Notes: generated by a model from the sequence alone, not told the origin. Positions 10,532 through 21,833 are shown, numbered from the stretch's first letter. The stretch: 64,000 nt of DNA from Vulcanimicrobiota bacterium (GCA_963695225.1 OY968762.1:1056001-1120000), one strand, 5' to 3'. Made by a program: numbers and translations.

Positions 10532-11041
10532 TCAAGCTTTGCGGGGCGGGTGGAACACTGCCGCCGCAAGGTCTTGGGAGGTCTTGCTCCACTGCCAGGT
10601 TCCGCCCGACAGCCCGCCTTCGAGTTTCAATTGGTCGTACAGCACGGCCGCCCCCGGCCACGCGGGGAGCGTGAGGTCGTCGAGGCCGTGCGGCGCGCTC
10701 GCGCGCTTGACGCCGGCGCACGCAATCTTGAATTGGAACAGCACGTCCGTCGAATCCGCATTGGAACGCCCCACCGCATCGACGAACTCGTAGAGATCGT
10801 AGCGGCTCGGATCGAACGGCCCGAGATCGAACATGATTGCTGCGCGCGGATCTGCATCCGGCTCCGCGAGGGCGAGCAATTGCGCCGCGCTCAGGCTCCA
10901 CGACCCGTCGTGCGGAGCAGCGAGCCGGGGAACGTGCTTCGCGAAAATGCCGTCGCGCCCCGATAGCGCGAGTTTGCGCAGGCGGCGGAGGCGAATGCGA
11001 GCCCCTTCGAGCGGCTCGAGCGTGCAGATGATGAATCCCAT
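10532..11041 (-). CDS. Hypothetical protein, last gene of the nif operon
   Basis: ATG 21 bp after the nifV stop, same strand, GAGAGG upstream; no recognised family. Confidence 0.65.
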   Translation of the reverse strand: MGFIICTLEPLEGARIRLRRLRKLALSGRDGIFAKHVPRLAAPHDGSWSLSAAQLLALAEPDADPRAAIMFDLGPFDPSRYDLYEFVDAVGRSNADSTDVLFQFKIACAGVKRASAPHGLDDLTLPAWPGAAVLYDQLKLEGGLSGGTWQWSKTSQDLAAAVFHPPRKA

Positions 11042-11062
11042 GGTCGATGGTGCCTCTCTCGC

Positions 11063-12226
11063 TTAGGAAAGCGTGGCGCTCCGCGCCGCCGGGCGCGCGC
11101 GCCGTCCGGCGACGAGCGCTTCGAGTTGTTCGGGACCGACGCAGATCTTGTCGCGTCGCGCGAGATCCCTGACGTCCTCGAGCAGCGCGGCGAGATCGAC
11201 GCCGTCCAGGATCAAGCCCGCTTCGCGGCACGCGCTCGCCAGGGCCGCGCCGCTCGAGTGGCTGCCGATGCGGAACGCCGGGGAGCGACGTCCGACGTGC
11301 GCGCTCGGGAACGGCTCGTAGGTGGCACGATCCCGCAACACGCCCGCGCAATGGATGCCCGACTCGTGCATGAACGCGGCCTCGCCCGTCACGGGTTTCG
11401 CCGCCGGGATCGGCCTCCCCGACGCCTTCGCCACGAGGTGCGCGAGTTGCGCGAGCCATTCCGTTTCGACCCCGCAATCGATGCCGCAACCGGCGCGCAG
11501 CGCCATGACGACCTCCTCGAGCGCGGCGTTTCCGGCGCGTTCCCCCAAACCGTTGACCGTCACGCTCGCGGCGCCCGCGCCCGCTTCGATCGCGGCGATC
11601 GTGTTGCCGACCGCCATGCCCAGATCGTTGTGACCGTGGAACTCGAACGTGACACCGGGGAACACGTCGCACAGCGGTTTGAGCATCCGCGCAGTTCGGC
11701 TCGGCGTCAGGATGCCGACCGTGTCGGAGAGGCGCAGGCGGGAAGCGCCCGCTTCTTGCGCCGCGCAGATGAACTCGGAAAGGAATCCCGGATCGGCGCG
11801 CGAGGCATCTTGCGCCCCGACGGAGACGTACTCGAACCTCGCTCGCGCCTCGGCGACGAGCACCGCCAGCGAGCGGAAGACCCACGAGACGTTCTTCCCC
11901 CACGCGCGCAAGTGGATCTCGGAGACGGGCCACGAGATGTGCACGCCTTCGACGCGGCAACGCGTCGCCGCATCGAGATCGGTATGCGTCGCGCGGCACC
12001 ACGTTTCGATCCTGCAGTCGAGGCCGGCCTCGGCGATCGCGTTGATGTCGTCGATCTCCGCCTGCCCCATGGCGGGGACGCCGACCTCGAGTTCCGGGAT
12101 GCCGATCGCGGCGAGCGCGCGAGCGATCTGCAGCTTCTCGTCGCGCGAAAACGAGACGCCCGCCGCTTGTTCGCCGTCGCGCAGCGTCGTATCGATCAGG
12201 CGCGGGCTCCCGCCGCGTGAGCTCAT
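11063..12226 (-). CDS. nifV: Homocitrate synthase
   Basis: [33 protein letters not shown]; nif context. Confidence 0.9.
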   Translation of the reverse strand: MSSRGGSPRLIDTTLRDGEQAAGVSFSRDEKLQIARALAAIGIPELEVGVPAMGQAEIDDINAIAEAGLDCRIETWCRATHTDLDAATRCRVEGVHISWPVSEIHLRAWGKNVSWVFRSLAVLVAEARARFEYVSVGAQDASRADPGFLSEFICAAQEAGASRLRLSDTVGILTPSRTARMLKPLCDVFPGVTFEFHGHNDLGMAVGNTIAAIEAGAGAASVTVNGLGERAGNAALEEVVMALRAGCGIDCGVETEWLAQLAHLVAKASGRPIPAAKPVTGEAAFMHESGIHCAGVLRDRATYEPFPSAHVGRRSPAFRIGSHSSGAALASACREAGLILDGVDLAALLEDVRDLARRDKICVGPEQLEALVAGRRARPAARSATLS

Positions 12227-12239
12227 CCGAGCCGGCTCG

Positions 12240-13526
12240 TCACGCGCACCCCGTCCCCGTGCCGCGGCAAGCGACGCCTTTGCCGCAACCCGTGAAGCGC
12301 CGCTTGAGCGTCGAGGGAATCGGCAGCTCCCCGTAGACCGCGGCGAGCCCCTCTTCCACCAAGCCCTCCATCTCGATCACTGCGATCCCGCGCTCTTCGA
12401 GCGCGCGCTTCGGGCTAGGACCCGATGCGTTCACGAGCAGCGCTCGGCAATCGTGCAACGTGTCCGCGAGCTCCGTCCAGCGGCTTCGACCGCCGCCCGG
12501 CGGCGGCGCCCGGCGAATCTCGACGAACTTGAAGCCGGATGCGGTCGCAGCATCCTGCTCGTAAACGACGAACCGCGCGGCTTCGCCGAGGTGCATGTTC
12601 ACGAGCGCGCCCTCGCGCGATGCGACGGCGACGAAGGGCCGCTCCTTGTGGCCGTCGATCGGGCGCCGCGCAAAGCTCTCGAGCGTGCGCATCTGATCTT
12701 CCGTCATCTTTTCGTCGATGAAGCCGATCGCGTCGGCGCGGCAGCGCGCGCAGTGCGTCATCTGCGGAAGGTATTGGCCGGATTGCAAGCGCACCCGGGC
12801 CGTCATCTTCCCATCCGGCGCGGGCACGTCTTCGAATTCGGCGCCCGCGACCGGGACGAGCGGCATGCAATTCTGAATATCGGCGCCGAGCGCGCCGACG
12901 ACGCGCGCGACCTCTTGGATGTGCGCGTCGTTGACGCCCGGGATGACGATCGAGTTCACCTTCACGACGACGTTGCGGGCGACGAGCTCGCGCACGGCGG
13001 AGAGCTGGCGCTCGATCAGGAGGCGCGCCGCATCCTCTCCGCGCAGCGGGCGCTTTCCGTCGCGAATCCAAGCGTAGATCTTCGCGCCGATCTTCGGATC
13101 GACCGCGTTGATCGTGATCGTCACGTGGCTGACTTCGAGGCGGGCGAGCTCGTCGATATACGGCCCGATCCCGAGGCCGTTGCTCGCCAGGCACAGGAGG
13201 ATCTGCGGGAAGCGCTCGCGCACGAGGCGGAGCGTCTCCATCGTCTCGTCGGGGTTGGCGAACGGATCGCCGGGGCCCGCGATCCCCATGACCGCGATCT
13301 CCGGGCGCTGCTCGAGCACGGCGGCGAGATACTCGACGGCTTGCGCGGGTTTGAGGACGGAGCTCGTCACGCCGGGGCGGCTCTCGTTCATGCAGTCGTA
13401 CTTGCGGTTACAGAAGTTGCACTGGATGTTGCAGCGCGGCGCGACCGGCAAGTGGATGCGGCCGTACGTGTCGTGCGCCGCCTTGTTGAAACACGGATGC
13501 TTTGAGAAATCGCGCGGCTCGCTCAT
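12240..13526 (-). CDS. nifB: FeMo-cofactor biosynthesis radical SAM protein with C-terminal NifX-like domain
   Basis: [47 protein letters not shown] NifX-like domain. Confidence 0.95.
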   Translation of the reverse strand: MSEPRDFSKHPCFNKAAHDTYGRIHLPVAPRCNIQCNFCNRKYDCMNESRPGVTSSVLKPAQAVEYLAAVLEQRPEIAVMGIAGPGDPFANPDETMETLRLVRERFPQILLCLASNGLGIGPYIDELARLEVSHVTITINAVDPKIGAKIYAWIRDGKRPLRGEDAARLLIERQLSAVRELVARNVVVKVNSIVIPGVNDAHIQEVARVVGALGADIQNCMPLVPVAGAEFEDVPAPDGKMTARVRLQSGQYLPQMTHCARCRADAIGFIDEKMTEDQMRTLESFARRPIDGHKERPFVAVASREGALVNMHLGEAARFVVYEQDAATASGFKFVEIRRAPPPGGGRSRWTELADTLHDCRALLVNASGPSPKRALEERGIAVIEMEGLVEEGLAAVYGELPIPSTLKRRFTGCGKGVACRGTGTGCA

Positions 13527-14962
13527 AGATAGCTGTACCCCACTGCGGACGACCCCTGTTTGGCGTCGAGAAGTGCGTTGACGACGGCGTCGTAGAGATG
13601 CTGGGCACCGCGGTACCCGACGTGCAGGATGCGCTGTCCGCCGATGCGGTCGTGGATCGGGAAGCCGGCGCGCACCAGCGGAATCCCGAGCTTGCGGGCG
13701 AGGCTATAGCCTTTGCTGCTCCCGATCAGGAGATCGGGGCGCAGCGCCTCCGCGCTTTCCGCGATCTCGGCGAAATCGAAGCCCTCGCGGATCACCGTGC
13801 GCTCGTCGATCCCGGGGATCGCCGCGCGCAGGCTCCGCGCGAGTTGCCTGCTCTTCCCACCCGAGGCGCATAGCACCGGAACGATCCCTATCTCGCTGAG
13901 AAACGCCGCGAGCCCGACGACGAGATCCTCCTCGCCGTAGACGATCGCACGCTTTTCGAAGACGTACTTGTGGCCGTCGATCAGCGCGTCGACGAGCCGG
14001 CCGCGCTCTTTGATGTGCTTGGCGGGCGCCGGGCGCCCCGCCGCGGCTTCGAGCGCCGCGAAGAACGCATCGGTCTCACGAATGCCGATCGGAAGTCCGA
14101 GCAACCGGCGCGCCGCTCCGAAACGCTCTTCGATGAACCTCCCCGCCGTATTGAAATCGGCGAGCGTCCGCCCGAACTCGATCGAGGTTTGCGCGCGCCC
14201 CGCTGCGACCACGTCCTCGATCGGCGTCCCGCCGCTCTGCAGCTTCTCGTACGCGGCCCACGACGCTCCGTCCATCGAATCGGAGTAATCGGGGAGCAGG
14301 GTGCAGGGCAGCTCGAAATCGGCGACGATCTCGGCCAAGTGCCGCAAGTCCGCCGCGGAGACCATTCCCGGGAACAGGTTGATCCGCTCGGTGCGCGGCC
14401 CTTCGGCCGCGAGCCCCGCAACGACTGCGCGCACGGCGGCGTGAAAGCCGTCGACGTGCGTCCCGCTGTAGCTCGGCGTCGATACCTTGATCAAGTGCGG
14501 ATGGCCCTCGCCGCCGAAATCGCGCAGATACTCGAAGAACATGCGGTCCATGTCCTCGCCGATCGTCTCCGAGAGGCACGTCGTCGCGACCGCGACCATC
14601 TTCGGCTGGTACTGCCGCACGACGTTCTGCACGCCGGCTCTGAAGTTAGCGGCGCCGCCGAAGACCGCCGACTCTTCGGAAAAGTTCGAGGCGGCGATAT
14701 CGATCGGCTCGCGGAAGTGGCTGATCAGATACCGCCGGATGTACGTGCTACATCCTTGCGAGCCGTGCAGGAAGGGAATCGTCCCCTCGATCCCGCGGAA
14801 GACGAGGCACGCGCCGAGCGGCGTGCAGAGCTTGCACGCGTTTCTCGTCGCTGTGCAATGCTTATGCGCCGGCTCGTTGAGCTCATCGAGCTCGGCGCCC
14901 TCCGCGAGCGCGTCCTTCGACGAGCTCGGGGTGACGGGCTGCCGGCGCGCGGAGGGTTTCAC
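13523..14962 (-). CDS. nifN: FeMo-cofactor scaffold subunit NifN
   Basis: NACKLCTPLGA, HGSQGC, TTCLSETIG, GFPIHDRIG; GTG start overlaps the nifE stop. Confidence 0.92.
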   Translation of the reverse strand: MKPSARRQPVTPSSSKDALAEGAELDELNEPAHKHCTATRNACKLCTPLGACLVFRGIEGTIPFLHGSQGCSTYIRRYLISHFREPIDIAASNFSEESAVFGGAANFRAGVQNVVRQYQPKMVAVATTCLSETIGEDMDRMFFEYLRDFGGEGHPHLIKVSTPSYSGTHVDGFHAAVRAVVAGLAAEGPRTERINLFPGMVSAADLRHLAEIVADFELPCTLLPDYSDSMDGASWAAYEKLQSGGTPIEDVVAAGRAQTSIEFGRTLADFNTAGRFIEERFGAARRLLGLPIGIRETDAFFAALEAAAGRPAPAKHIKERGRLVDALIDGHKYVFEKRAIVYGEEDLVVGLAAFLSEIGIVPVLCASGGKSRQLARSLRAAIPGIDERTVIREGFDFAEIAESAEALRPDLLIGSSKGYSLARKLGIPLVRAGFPIHDRIGGQRILHVGYRGAQHLYDAVVNALLDAKQGSSAVGYSYL

Positions 14963-16329
14963 GCGGGCCCGCTTGCTGCGGGCCGCTTTGCTTCGCGGCG
15001 CGGCGCGAACTGCCAGACCGGGCTCATCGTGGAGGCGTAGACCTCGCGCGCGAAATTCAGCATGCCCACGAAGCCGGCGAGCGGCTCCTTCCGTTCGTGA
15101 TTGTGGTCGCAGAAGCCGATGCCGAGCTTGTAGGCGATCGGCCGCTCCTTCACGCCGCCGATGAAGAGATCGACGTCCTTCTCCAAGCAGAACTCCGCAA
15201 GTTCCAACGGGTTGGAATCGTCGACGATGATCGTTCCCTCGTCGCACATCTCGGCCAGCTGCTGGTAATCTTCGGGGCCGCCGGTTTGCGAGCCGACGAC
15301 GACCGTCTTCATGCCGAGCAAACCCAACGCCCGCACGAGCGAGAACGCCTTGAACGCTCCGCCGACGTAGATCGCGGCGCGCTTGCCCTCGAGCTTCGCG
15401 CGATAAGCGCGAAGCTGCGGCCAGATTTCGGCGACCTCATCGGCGACGAGTTGCTCCGCCCGCTGCATGATCGCCGGATCGTCGCCGAAGAACTTCGCGA
15501 CGTCGTAGAGGGCGGCGGACATGTCCTCGATGCCGAAGTACGAAACCCGTCTTTGCGGGATGCCGTAGTCGCGCTCCATCATCTTGGCAAGATACGTCAT
15601 CGAACCCGAGCACTGCACGACGTTGAGCCGCGCTCCGTGCGCGCGCCGGATATCCTCGATGCGCGCGTCGCCCGTAATGCACGAGACGACTTCGACGCCC
15701 ATCCGCTCGTAGTAGTTGCGGATGATCCACGTCTCGCCGGCGAGGTTGAAATCGCCGAGGATATTGATGCTGTGCGGCGCGACCTGCGCGGCCGAGCCGG
15801 TGCCGACGAGCTTGTAGACGGCCTCGCAGGCGGCCCGATAGCCGTCCTTCTTCGTCCCTTTGAAGCCTTCCGAATGGACGGGGAGAACGGGGATATTCTT
15901 CTCCGCCGCGACCCTCTTGCAGATCGCGGCGACGTCGTCGCCGATGATGCCGACGATGCACGTCGAATAGACGAATGCCGCATTGGGCTCGTAACGATCG
16001 ATCAGCTCGAGCAGCGCCGCGTACAGCTTCTTCTCGCCGCCGTAGATGACGTCCATCTCCTGGAGGTCCGTCGAGAAGCTGTTGCGATGGAGCTGAGGAC
16101 CGCTCGAGAGCGCGCCCCGAATATCCCAGGTGTAAGCGGCGCACCCTATCGGACCGTGCACGACGTGCAGCGCGTCCGCGATCGGGTAGAGCACGACGCG
16201 AGATCCACAGAAGACGCACGCGCGTTGACTGACGGATCCCGCCGTGCTCTTCTTCCCGCAGTCGATCGGCAGATCGCCCGAGCCCTTGCGGCGCACCTGG
16301 CCGCGGCGGTCGTCGAGGATCTCGATCAT
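14959..16329 (-). CDS. nifE: FeMo-cofactor scaffold subunit NifE
   Basis: SQRACVFCGS, HGPIGCAAY, STCIVGIIGDD, VQCSGS, DHNHER. Confidence 0.93.
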   Translation of the reverse strand: MIEILDDRRGQVRRKGSGDLPIDCGKKSTAGSVSQRACVFCGSRVVLYPIADALHVVHGPIGCAAYTWDIRGALSSGPQLHRNSFSTDLQEMDVIYGGEKKLYAALLELIDRYEPNAAFVYSTCIVGIIGDDVAAICKRVAAEKNIPVLPVHSEGFKGTKKDGYRAACEAVYKLVGTGSAAQVAPHSINILGDFNLAGETWIIRNYYERMGVEVVSCITGDARIEDIRRAHGARLNVVQCSGSMTYLAKMMERDYGIPQRRVSYFGIEDMSAALYDVAKFFGDDPAIMQRAEQLVADEVAEIWPQLRAYRAKLEGKRAAIYVGGAFKAFSLVRALGLLGMKTVVVGSQTGGPEDYQQLAEMCDEGTIIVDDSNPLELAEFCLEKDVDLFIGGVKERPIAYKLGIGFCDHNHERKEPLAGFVGMLNFAREVYASTMSPVWQFAPRREAKRPAASGPA

Positions 16330-16371
16330 GCGCGGCGCCCGAACTCGGCGCCGCGCGCCGCTAAAACGCCT

Positions 16372-16539
16372 CTATGTGGAGACGACCGCTCCGTTCGGGC
16401 AAGCGGATTCGCACGCCCCGCACTCGATGCAGACTTCCTCGTCGATGGAATAGGACGGCCCGGACCGGATCGCTCCCGTCGGGCAACACTCCTCGCACGT
16501 GCCGCAGGCTCCGCACGCCTCTGAAATCTTGTAAGCCAT
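16372..16539 (-). CDS. 2[4Fe-4S] clostridial-type ferredoxin, 55 aa (not in ORF track)
   Basis: Hand translation MAYKISEACGACGTCEECCPTGAIRSGPSYSIDEEVCIECGACESACPNGAVVST; two CxxCxxCxxxCP motifs; AAGGAG RBS. Confidence 0.92.
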   Translation of the reverse strand: MAYKISEACGACGTCEECCPTGAIRSGPSYSIDEEVCIECGACESACPNGAVVST

Positions 16540-16565
16540 CTCTGCTCCTTCTGCACAGCGCTAGA

Positions 16566-17939
16566 TCACTGCACGAACTCGAACGATTCTTCGGCGCACT
16601 CCCGATCCTTCTTGTCGAAGAGCGCGTCGACGATCTTGTCGATCAGGCGCAGGGCGCCCTGATAGCCCAGCGAGGGGAAGACGCGGTGCCCCATGCGGTC
16701 GAGGATCGGGAACCCGAACCGGACGAACGGAACGTTCTCGGCGCGCGCGATCTGCTTTCCATACGTATTTCCGACTAGCAAGTCAACCGGCGCTTGCTTC
16801 ATCCATTGATGCAGCTCGAAGAGGTCCGAACTCTGCTTGACCTTCGCCTCGGGGACCGCCTCGGCGAGCAACTCCCGGGCGCGCGCCTCGAAGTGATTCC
16901 CCGGCGAACCCGTGATGACGTAGACCGGCTTCATGTCGAGTTCGAGCAAGAAGCGCGTCAGCCCGATCACGTGGTCCGGATCGCCGAAGACGGCGACCCG
17001 CTTGCCGTACAGGTACTGCCCCATGTCGCCGACCGCGTCGAGGAGACGGCCGCGCTCTTGCACGAGTGAGGCCGGAACGCTCGCATTCCCAAGGCGCCGC
17101 AGCGCGTCGACGTACTCGTCGGTCGCGGCGATGCCGATCGGCAACTCCAGCAGCTCCGCCGCGACCCCGCACTTCGATTCCAGGAGCTGTGCCGCGGGAT
17201 GCGCGGCGAAGTGTCCGAGCGCGATCGTCGCCTGGGCATCGCCCGCTTCGATCAACTGCCTGACCGTGGCGCCGCCCTTCGGGTACATCTCGTAGACCCC
17301 CGTCTGCGGCAGGTCGAGCACGTCGCTCGTATCCGGGAACGTCACGATCTCGACGTCCAGCAGCGCCGCGATCCGCTTGATTTCACGGATGTCCGAGGGG
17401 TCGACGAACCCCGGGATAACGTTGAGCGTGCCGTTCGTCTTGCCCGTCGATTCCGCAAGGTATTTCACGAACGCCGTTACCATATTCGCGAAACCGGTGA
17501 CGTGCGAGCCGACGAAGCTCGGCGTGTTCGCGTGGATCACTCGGCACGTCGCCGAGATTTTTCCCTCCTCGCGCGCTCGCTTGACGAATGTCGGGACGTC
17601 GTCGCCGATCACCTCGGAGAGGCACGTCGTGTGGACCGCGACGATCTCGGGTTCGTAAATCGCGAAGATGTTCTCGAGGCCCTGATGCAGGTTCGCCATA
17701 CCTCCGAAGACGGACGAACCCTCGGTGAAAGAGCTGGTCGTCGCGATGACGGGCTCTTTGAAATGCCGGGTCAGATGACTGCGATGAAACGCGCAGCAGC
17801 CTTGCGAGCCGTGGCTGTGCGGCATGCAACCGTGGACTCCCAGCGCCGCGTAGACCGCGCCGATCGGCTGGCACGTCTTCGCCGGATTGACGCGCAGCGC
17901 GGTGCGCGGTTTGATCTCGGCGGTCGTTCCGCTCAGCAT
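16566..17939 (-). CDS. nifK: Nitrogenase MoFe protein beta chain
   Basis: P-cluster Cys in NPAKTCQPIGA, HGSQGCC, TTCLSEVIGDD; TPSFVGSH; GFPILDR. Confidence 0.95.
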   Translation of the reverse strand: MLSGTTAEIKPRTALRVNPAKTCQPIGAVYAALGVHGCMPHSHGSQGCCAFHRSHLTRHFKEPVIATTSSFTEGSSVFGGMANLHQGLENIFAIYEPEIVAVHTTCLSEVIGDDVPTFVKRAREEGKISATCRVIHANTPSFVGSHVTGFANMVTAFVKYLAESTGKTNGTLNVIPGFVDPSDIREIKRIAALLDVEIVTFPDTSDVLDLPQTGVYEMYPKGGATVRQLIEAGDAQATIALGHFAAHPAAQLLESKCGVAAELLELPIGIAATDEYVDALRRLGNASVPASLVQERGRLLDAVGDMGQYLYGKRVAVFGDPDHVIGLTRFLLELDMKPVYVITGSPGNHFEARARELLAEAVPEAKVKQSSDLFELHQWMKQAPVDLLVGNTYGKQIARAENVPFVRFGFPILDRMGHRVFPSLGYQGALRLIDKIVDALFDKKDRECAEESFEFVQ

Positions 17940-17940
17940 C

Positions 17941-19584
17941 CTATTTTCCCCCACTCACGAAGCTTGCTTGCAGTTGAGGATTGCGCATCCAAGGCGGGAC
18001 GACGAACTTCCACACCTTCATGTGCACCATGCGGTCGATCTCTGCATAGAAGTTCGCGGCGCCGCTGAAGGCGGCGTACGGCCCGCCGTAATCGTAGCTG
18101 TGAAGCTGCTTGCACGGGACCCCCATCTTCTCGATGATGAACTTGTCCTTGATTCCCGAGCAGATGATGTCCGGCTTGTAGAGCTCGACGAGCTTCTCGA
18201 TTTCGTGATGGCTGATGTCGTCGATGACGAGGGCGTGCTTCTCCATCTCCGCCATCATCCCGACGTAGTCGTTGAACGAGAACCCGCCCGCCTCGAGCGC
18301 GGCGATCTGCTCCGGCGTCCGGCGCGGCTTGTAGCGCTCGGGATCCGCCTCGACCTGCAGCTCCTCGATGTTGCGGCTATCGGCATCGACCTTGATCGTC
18401 GGCAGGACGTGCCGGCCCTCGTAGTCGTCGCGGTGCGCGAACTCGTAGCCGGCGGCGATCGTCCTCATCCCGATGTCGGAGAAGAGCGCTTGATAATGAT
18501 GCGCGCGCGACCCGCCCACGAAGAGCGCGGCAGTCTTGCCCTTGCAGCGCGCCGTCACGGCGTCGCGAATCGCCTGCAGCTTCGCCGTCTCTTCGGCGAT
18601 CACGGCCTCGACCCGCTCGCTCAAGCGAGGATCTTCAAAGTACGCCGCGATCTTGCGCAGCGATTTCGCGGTCTGTTCGGCCCCGATGAAGTTCACCTTG
18701 AACCAAGGAATGCCGTACTTCTTCTCCATCATCTCGGCCATGTAGTTGATGGAGCGATGGCACATCACCGTGTTCAACTGCACCGTGTGGGCCCGCGCGA
18801 CCTGATCGTATTTTGCGTCGCCGCTCAGCGTGACGGTGACGTGGATGCCGCACTTGCGCAGCAGCTCTTCGATCTCCCAGCCGTCGCCGCCGATATTGTA
18901 TTCGCCCAAGATGTTGATCGAGTACTCGGCCTCGTCGGGCGTGTCGTCCAGGCCCACGATGTGCTTGAAGACGCCGTTGTTCGCGATGTGGTGCCCCGCG
19001 GACTGGCTGACGCCCTTGTAACCCTCGCAACTGAAGGCAAAGATGTTGATGCCGAGCTCGGCCTTCATCTCTCGCGCGACCGCGTGGACGTCGTCGCCGA
19101 TGAGGCCGACGGGGCAGGTCGAGTACACCGCGATCGCTTTGGGGGCGAAGATGTCGTACGCCTCGCGGATCGCTTGCCGCAGCTTCTTCTCGCCGCCGAA
19201 GATGATCTGATCTTCCTGCATGTCCGTCGTCATGCAGTATTGGACGTAGTTCGTCTCGCCGTCCGGCACGCGCGCCAAGTTGCGGCGCGTCCCCCAGGTA
19301 TAGTAGGAGCAGCCGACGGGGCCGTGCACGATGTGCAGGATGTCGCTGATCGGCCCCAGCACGACGCCCTTGCAGCCCGCGTAGCAGCAGCCGCGCTGCG
19401 TCATGATGCCGGGCGTGCTGCGCATGTTCGCGCTGATCTGGATCGGCTCGTCCGGATCGTTGACGACGATTTGCTTCGCGCGTTTCTTGTGAGTCTTCGC
19501 CGGATAGGCCTTGAGCATCGCGTCGATCGACGCCTTCGCGGCTGCGGCGCTCTCCGGCGCCGCGGGTTTCGCTTTCATGGCCAT
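17941..19584 (-). CDS. nifD: Nitrogenase MoFe protein alpha chain (Group II type)
   Basis: P-cluster Cys (RGCCYAG, HGPVGC, STCP); FeMoco ligands CHRS and HSYDY; SQSAGHH; long insertion after HRDDYEGR. Confidence 0.96.
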   Translation of the reverse strand: MAMKAKPAAPESAAAAKASIDAMLKAYPAKTHKKRAKQIVVNDPDEPIQISANMRSTPGIMTQRGCCYAGCKGVVLGPISDILHIVHGPVGCSYYTWGTRRNLARVPDGETNYVQYCMTTDMQEDQIIFGGEKKLRQAIREAYDIFAPKAIAVYSTCPVGLIGDDVHAVAREMKAELGINIFAFSCEGYKGVSQSAGHHIANNGVFKHIVGLDDTPDEAEYSINILGEYNIGGDGWEIEELLRKCGIHVTVTLSGDAKYDQVARAHTVQLNTVMCHRSINYMAEMMEKKYGIPWFKVNFIGAEQTAKSLRKIAAYFEDPRLSERVEAVIAEETAKLQAIRDAVTARCKGKTAALFVGGSRAHHYQALFSDIGMRTIAAGYEFAHRDDYEGRHVLPTIKVDADSRNIEELQVEADPERYKPRRTPEQIAALEAGGFSFNDYVGMMAEMEKHALVIDDISHHEIEKLVELYKPDIICSGIKDKFIIEKMGVPCKQLHSYDYGGPYAAFSGAANFYAEIDRMVHMKVWKFVVPPWMRNPQLQASFVSGGK

Positions 19585-19704
19585 ATCCGGTCGGAATCTC
19601 CTCACTATCCGGCCGCTCCGCCGGACGACGAAAGGCAATGTGAAATCCAGCCACCGCCGCGGGCCGGCGGTAGCTCGCAACCCCGCCCCTGCCGGGGCGC
19701 CTTC

Positions 19705-20127
19705 CTAGACCGTCGCGGGCTCCGTAGGCCGCTCGGCCGCCGGTTGCACGATCGGGTCGAGGGCCTCGTAACCGCGTTCGCCGGTGCGGACGCGAATGAC
19801 GTCCTTCACGGGCAGGACGAAGATCTTCCCGTCGCCCGCGTTCCCGGTCCGGTTCGCGGCGATGATCGCTTGCACGGTCGGCGCGACCATGGCGTCCGGG
19901 ACGACGACCGTCACCATGCGTTTAGGGACCAGGATCGGCCCGTCGCCGAGGCGCGCGATCGCCTCCTCCTGCCCGCCCTCGGCAGCCCGCAGGACGCGGA
20001 AATCCACGTTGCCGCGTCCCCGGCCGATCACCTTGCGAACGGTGAACCCGGAGATGCCCGCCTCGATCAGCGCTTCCTTCGTCTTGTTGATCGCTTGCGT
20101 GCGGACGACGGCGACGATCTGTTTCAT
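19705..20127 (-). CDS. nifI2: PII-family nitrogenase regulator NifI2
   Basis: PII fold (GRGRG, PKRM, TGNAGDGKIFVLPV, RVRTGE); between nifH and nifD. Confidence 0.9.
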   Translation of the reverse strand: MKQIVAVVRTQAINKTKEALIEAGISGFTVRKVIGRGRGNVDFRVLRAAEGGQEEAIARLGDGPILVPKRMVTVVVPDAMVAPTVQAIIAANRTGNAGDGKIFVLPVKDVIRVRTGERGYEALDPIVQPAAERPTEPATV

Positions 20128-20464
20128 GCCGCGGAGTCCTTCGTGCCGCTACTGATCGTATACGACTCCTCGACCGGGAGGACGAAGATCTTCCCGTCTC
20201 CGAACGCGCCTTTGCCCTCAGTCCGGGCGGAGTGGACGATCGTGTCGATCACGACCTGCGCGTCCTCGGCGTTGATCACGACCATCAACTGCTCCTTGGG
20301 GAGCTCGTCGTAGGTCACGTCCCCGACCTTGAGCCCGCGCTGCTTCCCGCGCCCGAAAACGTCCATCTTCGTCACGCCGGGGAAACCCCCGTCGAGCAGG
20401 GCCTTCATGACCGCGTGGACCTTCTCGGGGCGCACCACGGCCTGCACCATCACCATCGCTTGCA

Positions 20465-20465
<1 letters not shown>
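20124..20465 (-). CDS. nifI1: PII-family nitrogenase regulator NifI1
   Basis: VRPEK, GRGKQRG, YDELPK, FGDGKIFV; ATG overlaps the nifH stop (TAATG). Confidence 0.9.
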
Positions 20466-21352
<887 letters not shown>

Positions 21353-21486
21353 CTATCCCATCGGTTTCGCAACCGAGGAAACTCGTTTTCGCAAACTTTA
21401 CGTCTGCTGGGGCGCTCGCTTTCGCGTTACATCCGGCGAGCGCTGCGAATGAGTTCTGCCGTTACTTTACCCGTCCGCGCGCGACG

Positions 21487-21506
21487 TTGCATCATACATG
21501 ATGTAA
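21487..21506. promoter_or_regulatory. Imperfect palindrome overlapping a candidate -10 box upstream of nifH
   Basis: TTGCATCAT-AC-ATGATGTAA (8 of 9 pairs); minus strand contains TATGAT. Confidence 0.4.
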
Positions 21507-21833
21507 GCGAAACGCATCTAGCATGCACCAATCGGCAGACAACGACACAAGACGGACAACGTGCGCTTACGTATGTGTCGAATGCCGCGCGAGCGCAACG
21601 CTCGCGCGATCGTTACAGATATTCGCGCGAACGGTTCTCACGTCGCCGGCGGCGCGGGCGCTCCGGACGGTTGCCGTCGCGTGGAAGTAGGCGTGCTAAT
21701 TTAGGTGCGCCTAAGAATGCCGAGACGCATACGCGCGCCGAAGGCGGATTCGTGCGAACGCGGAAGTGGGGACCCTCGCCTCGCCGCCGGAGCAGGGGCG
21801 CGCGGGCAACTCCATCTTCAGCGAGGCATCCAC

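Noticed and set aside
17941..19584. Alternative (V/Fe-only) nitrogenase or Nif-like (Bch/Cfb) assignment
   Set aside because: No vnfG/anfG between D and K; HSYDY and CHRS Mo-type ligand motifs; nifENB present.
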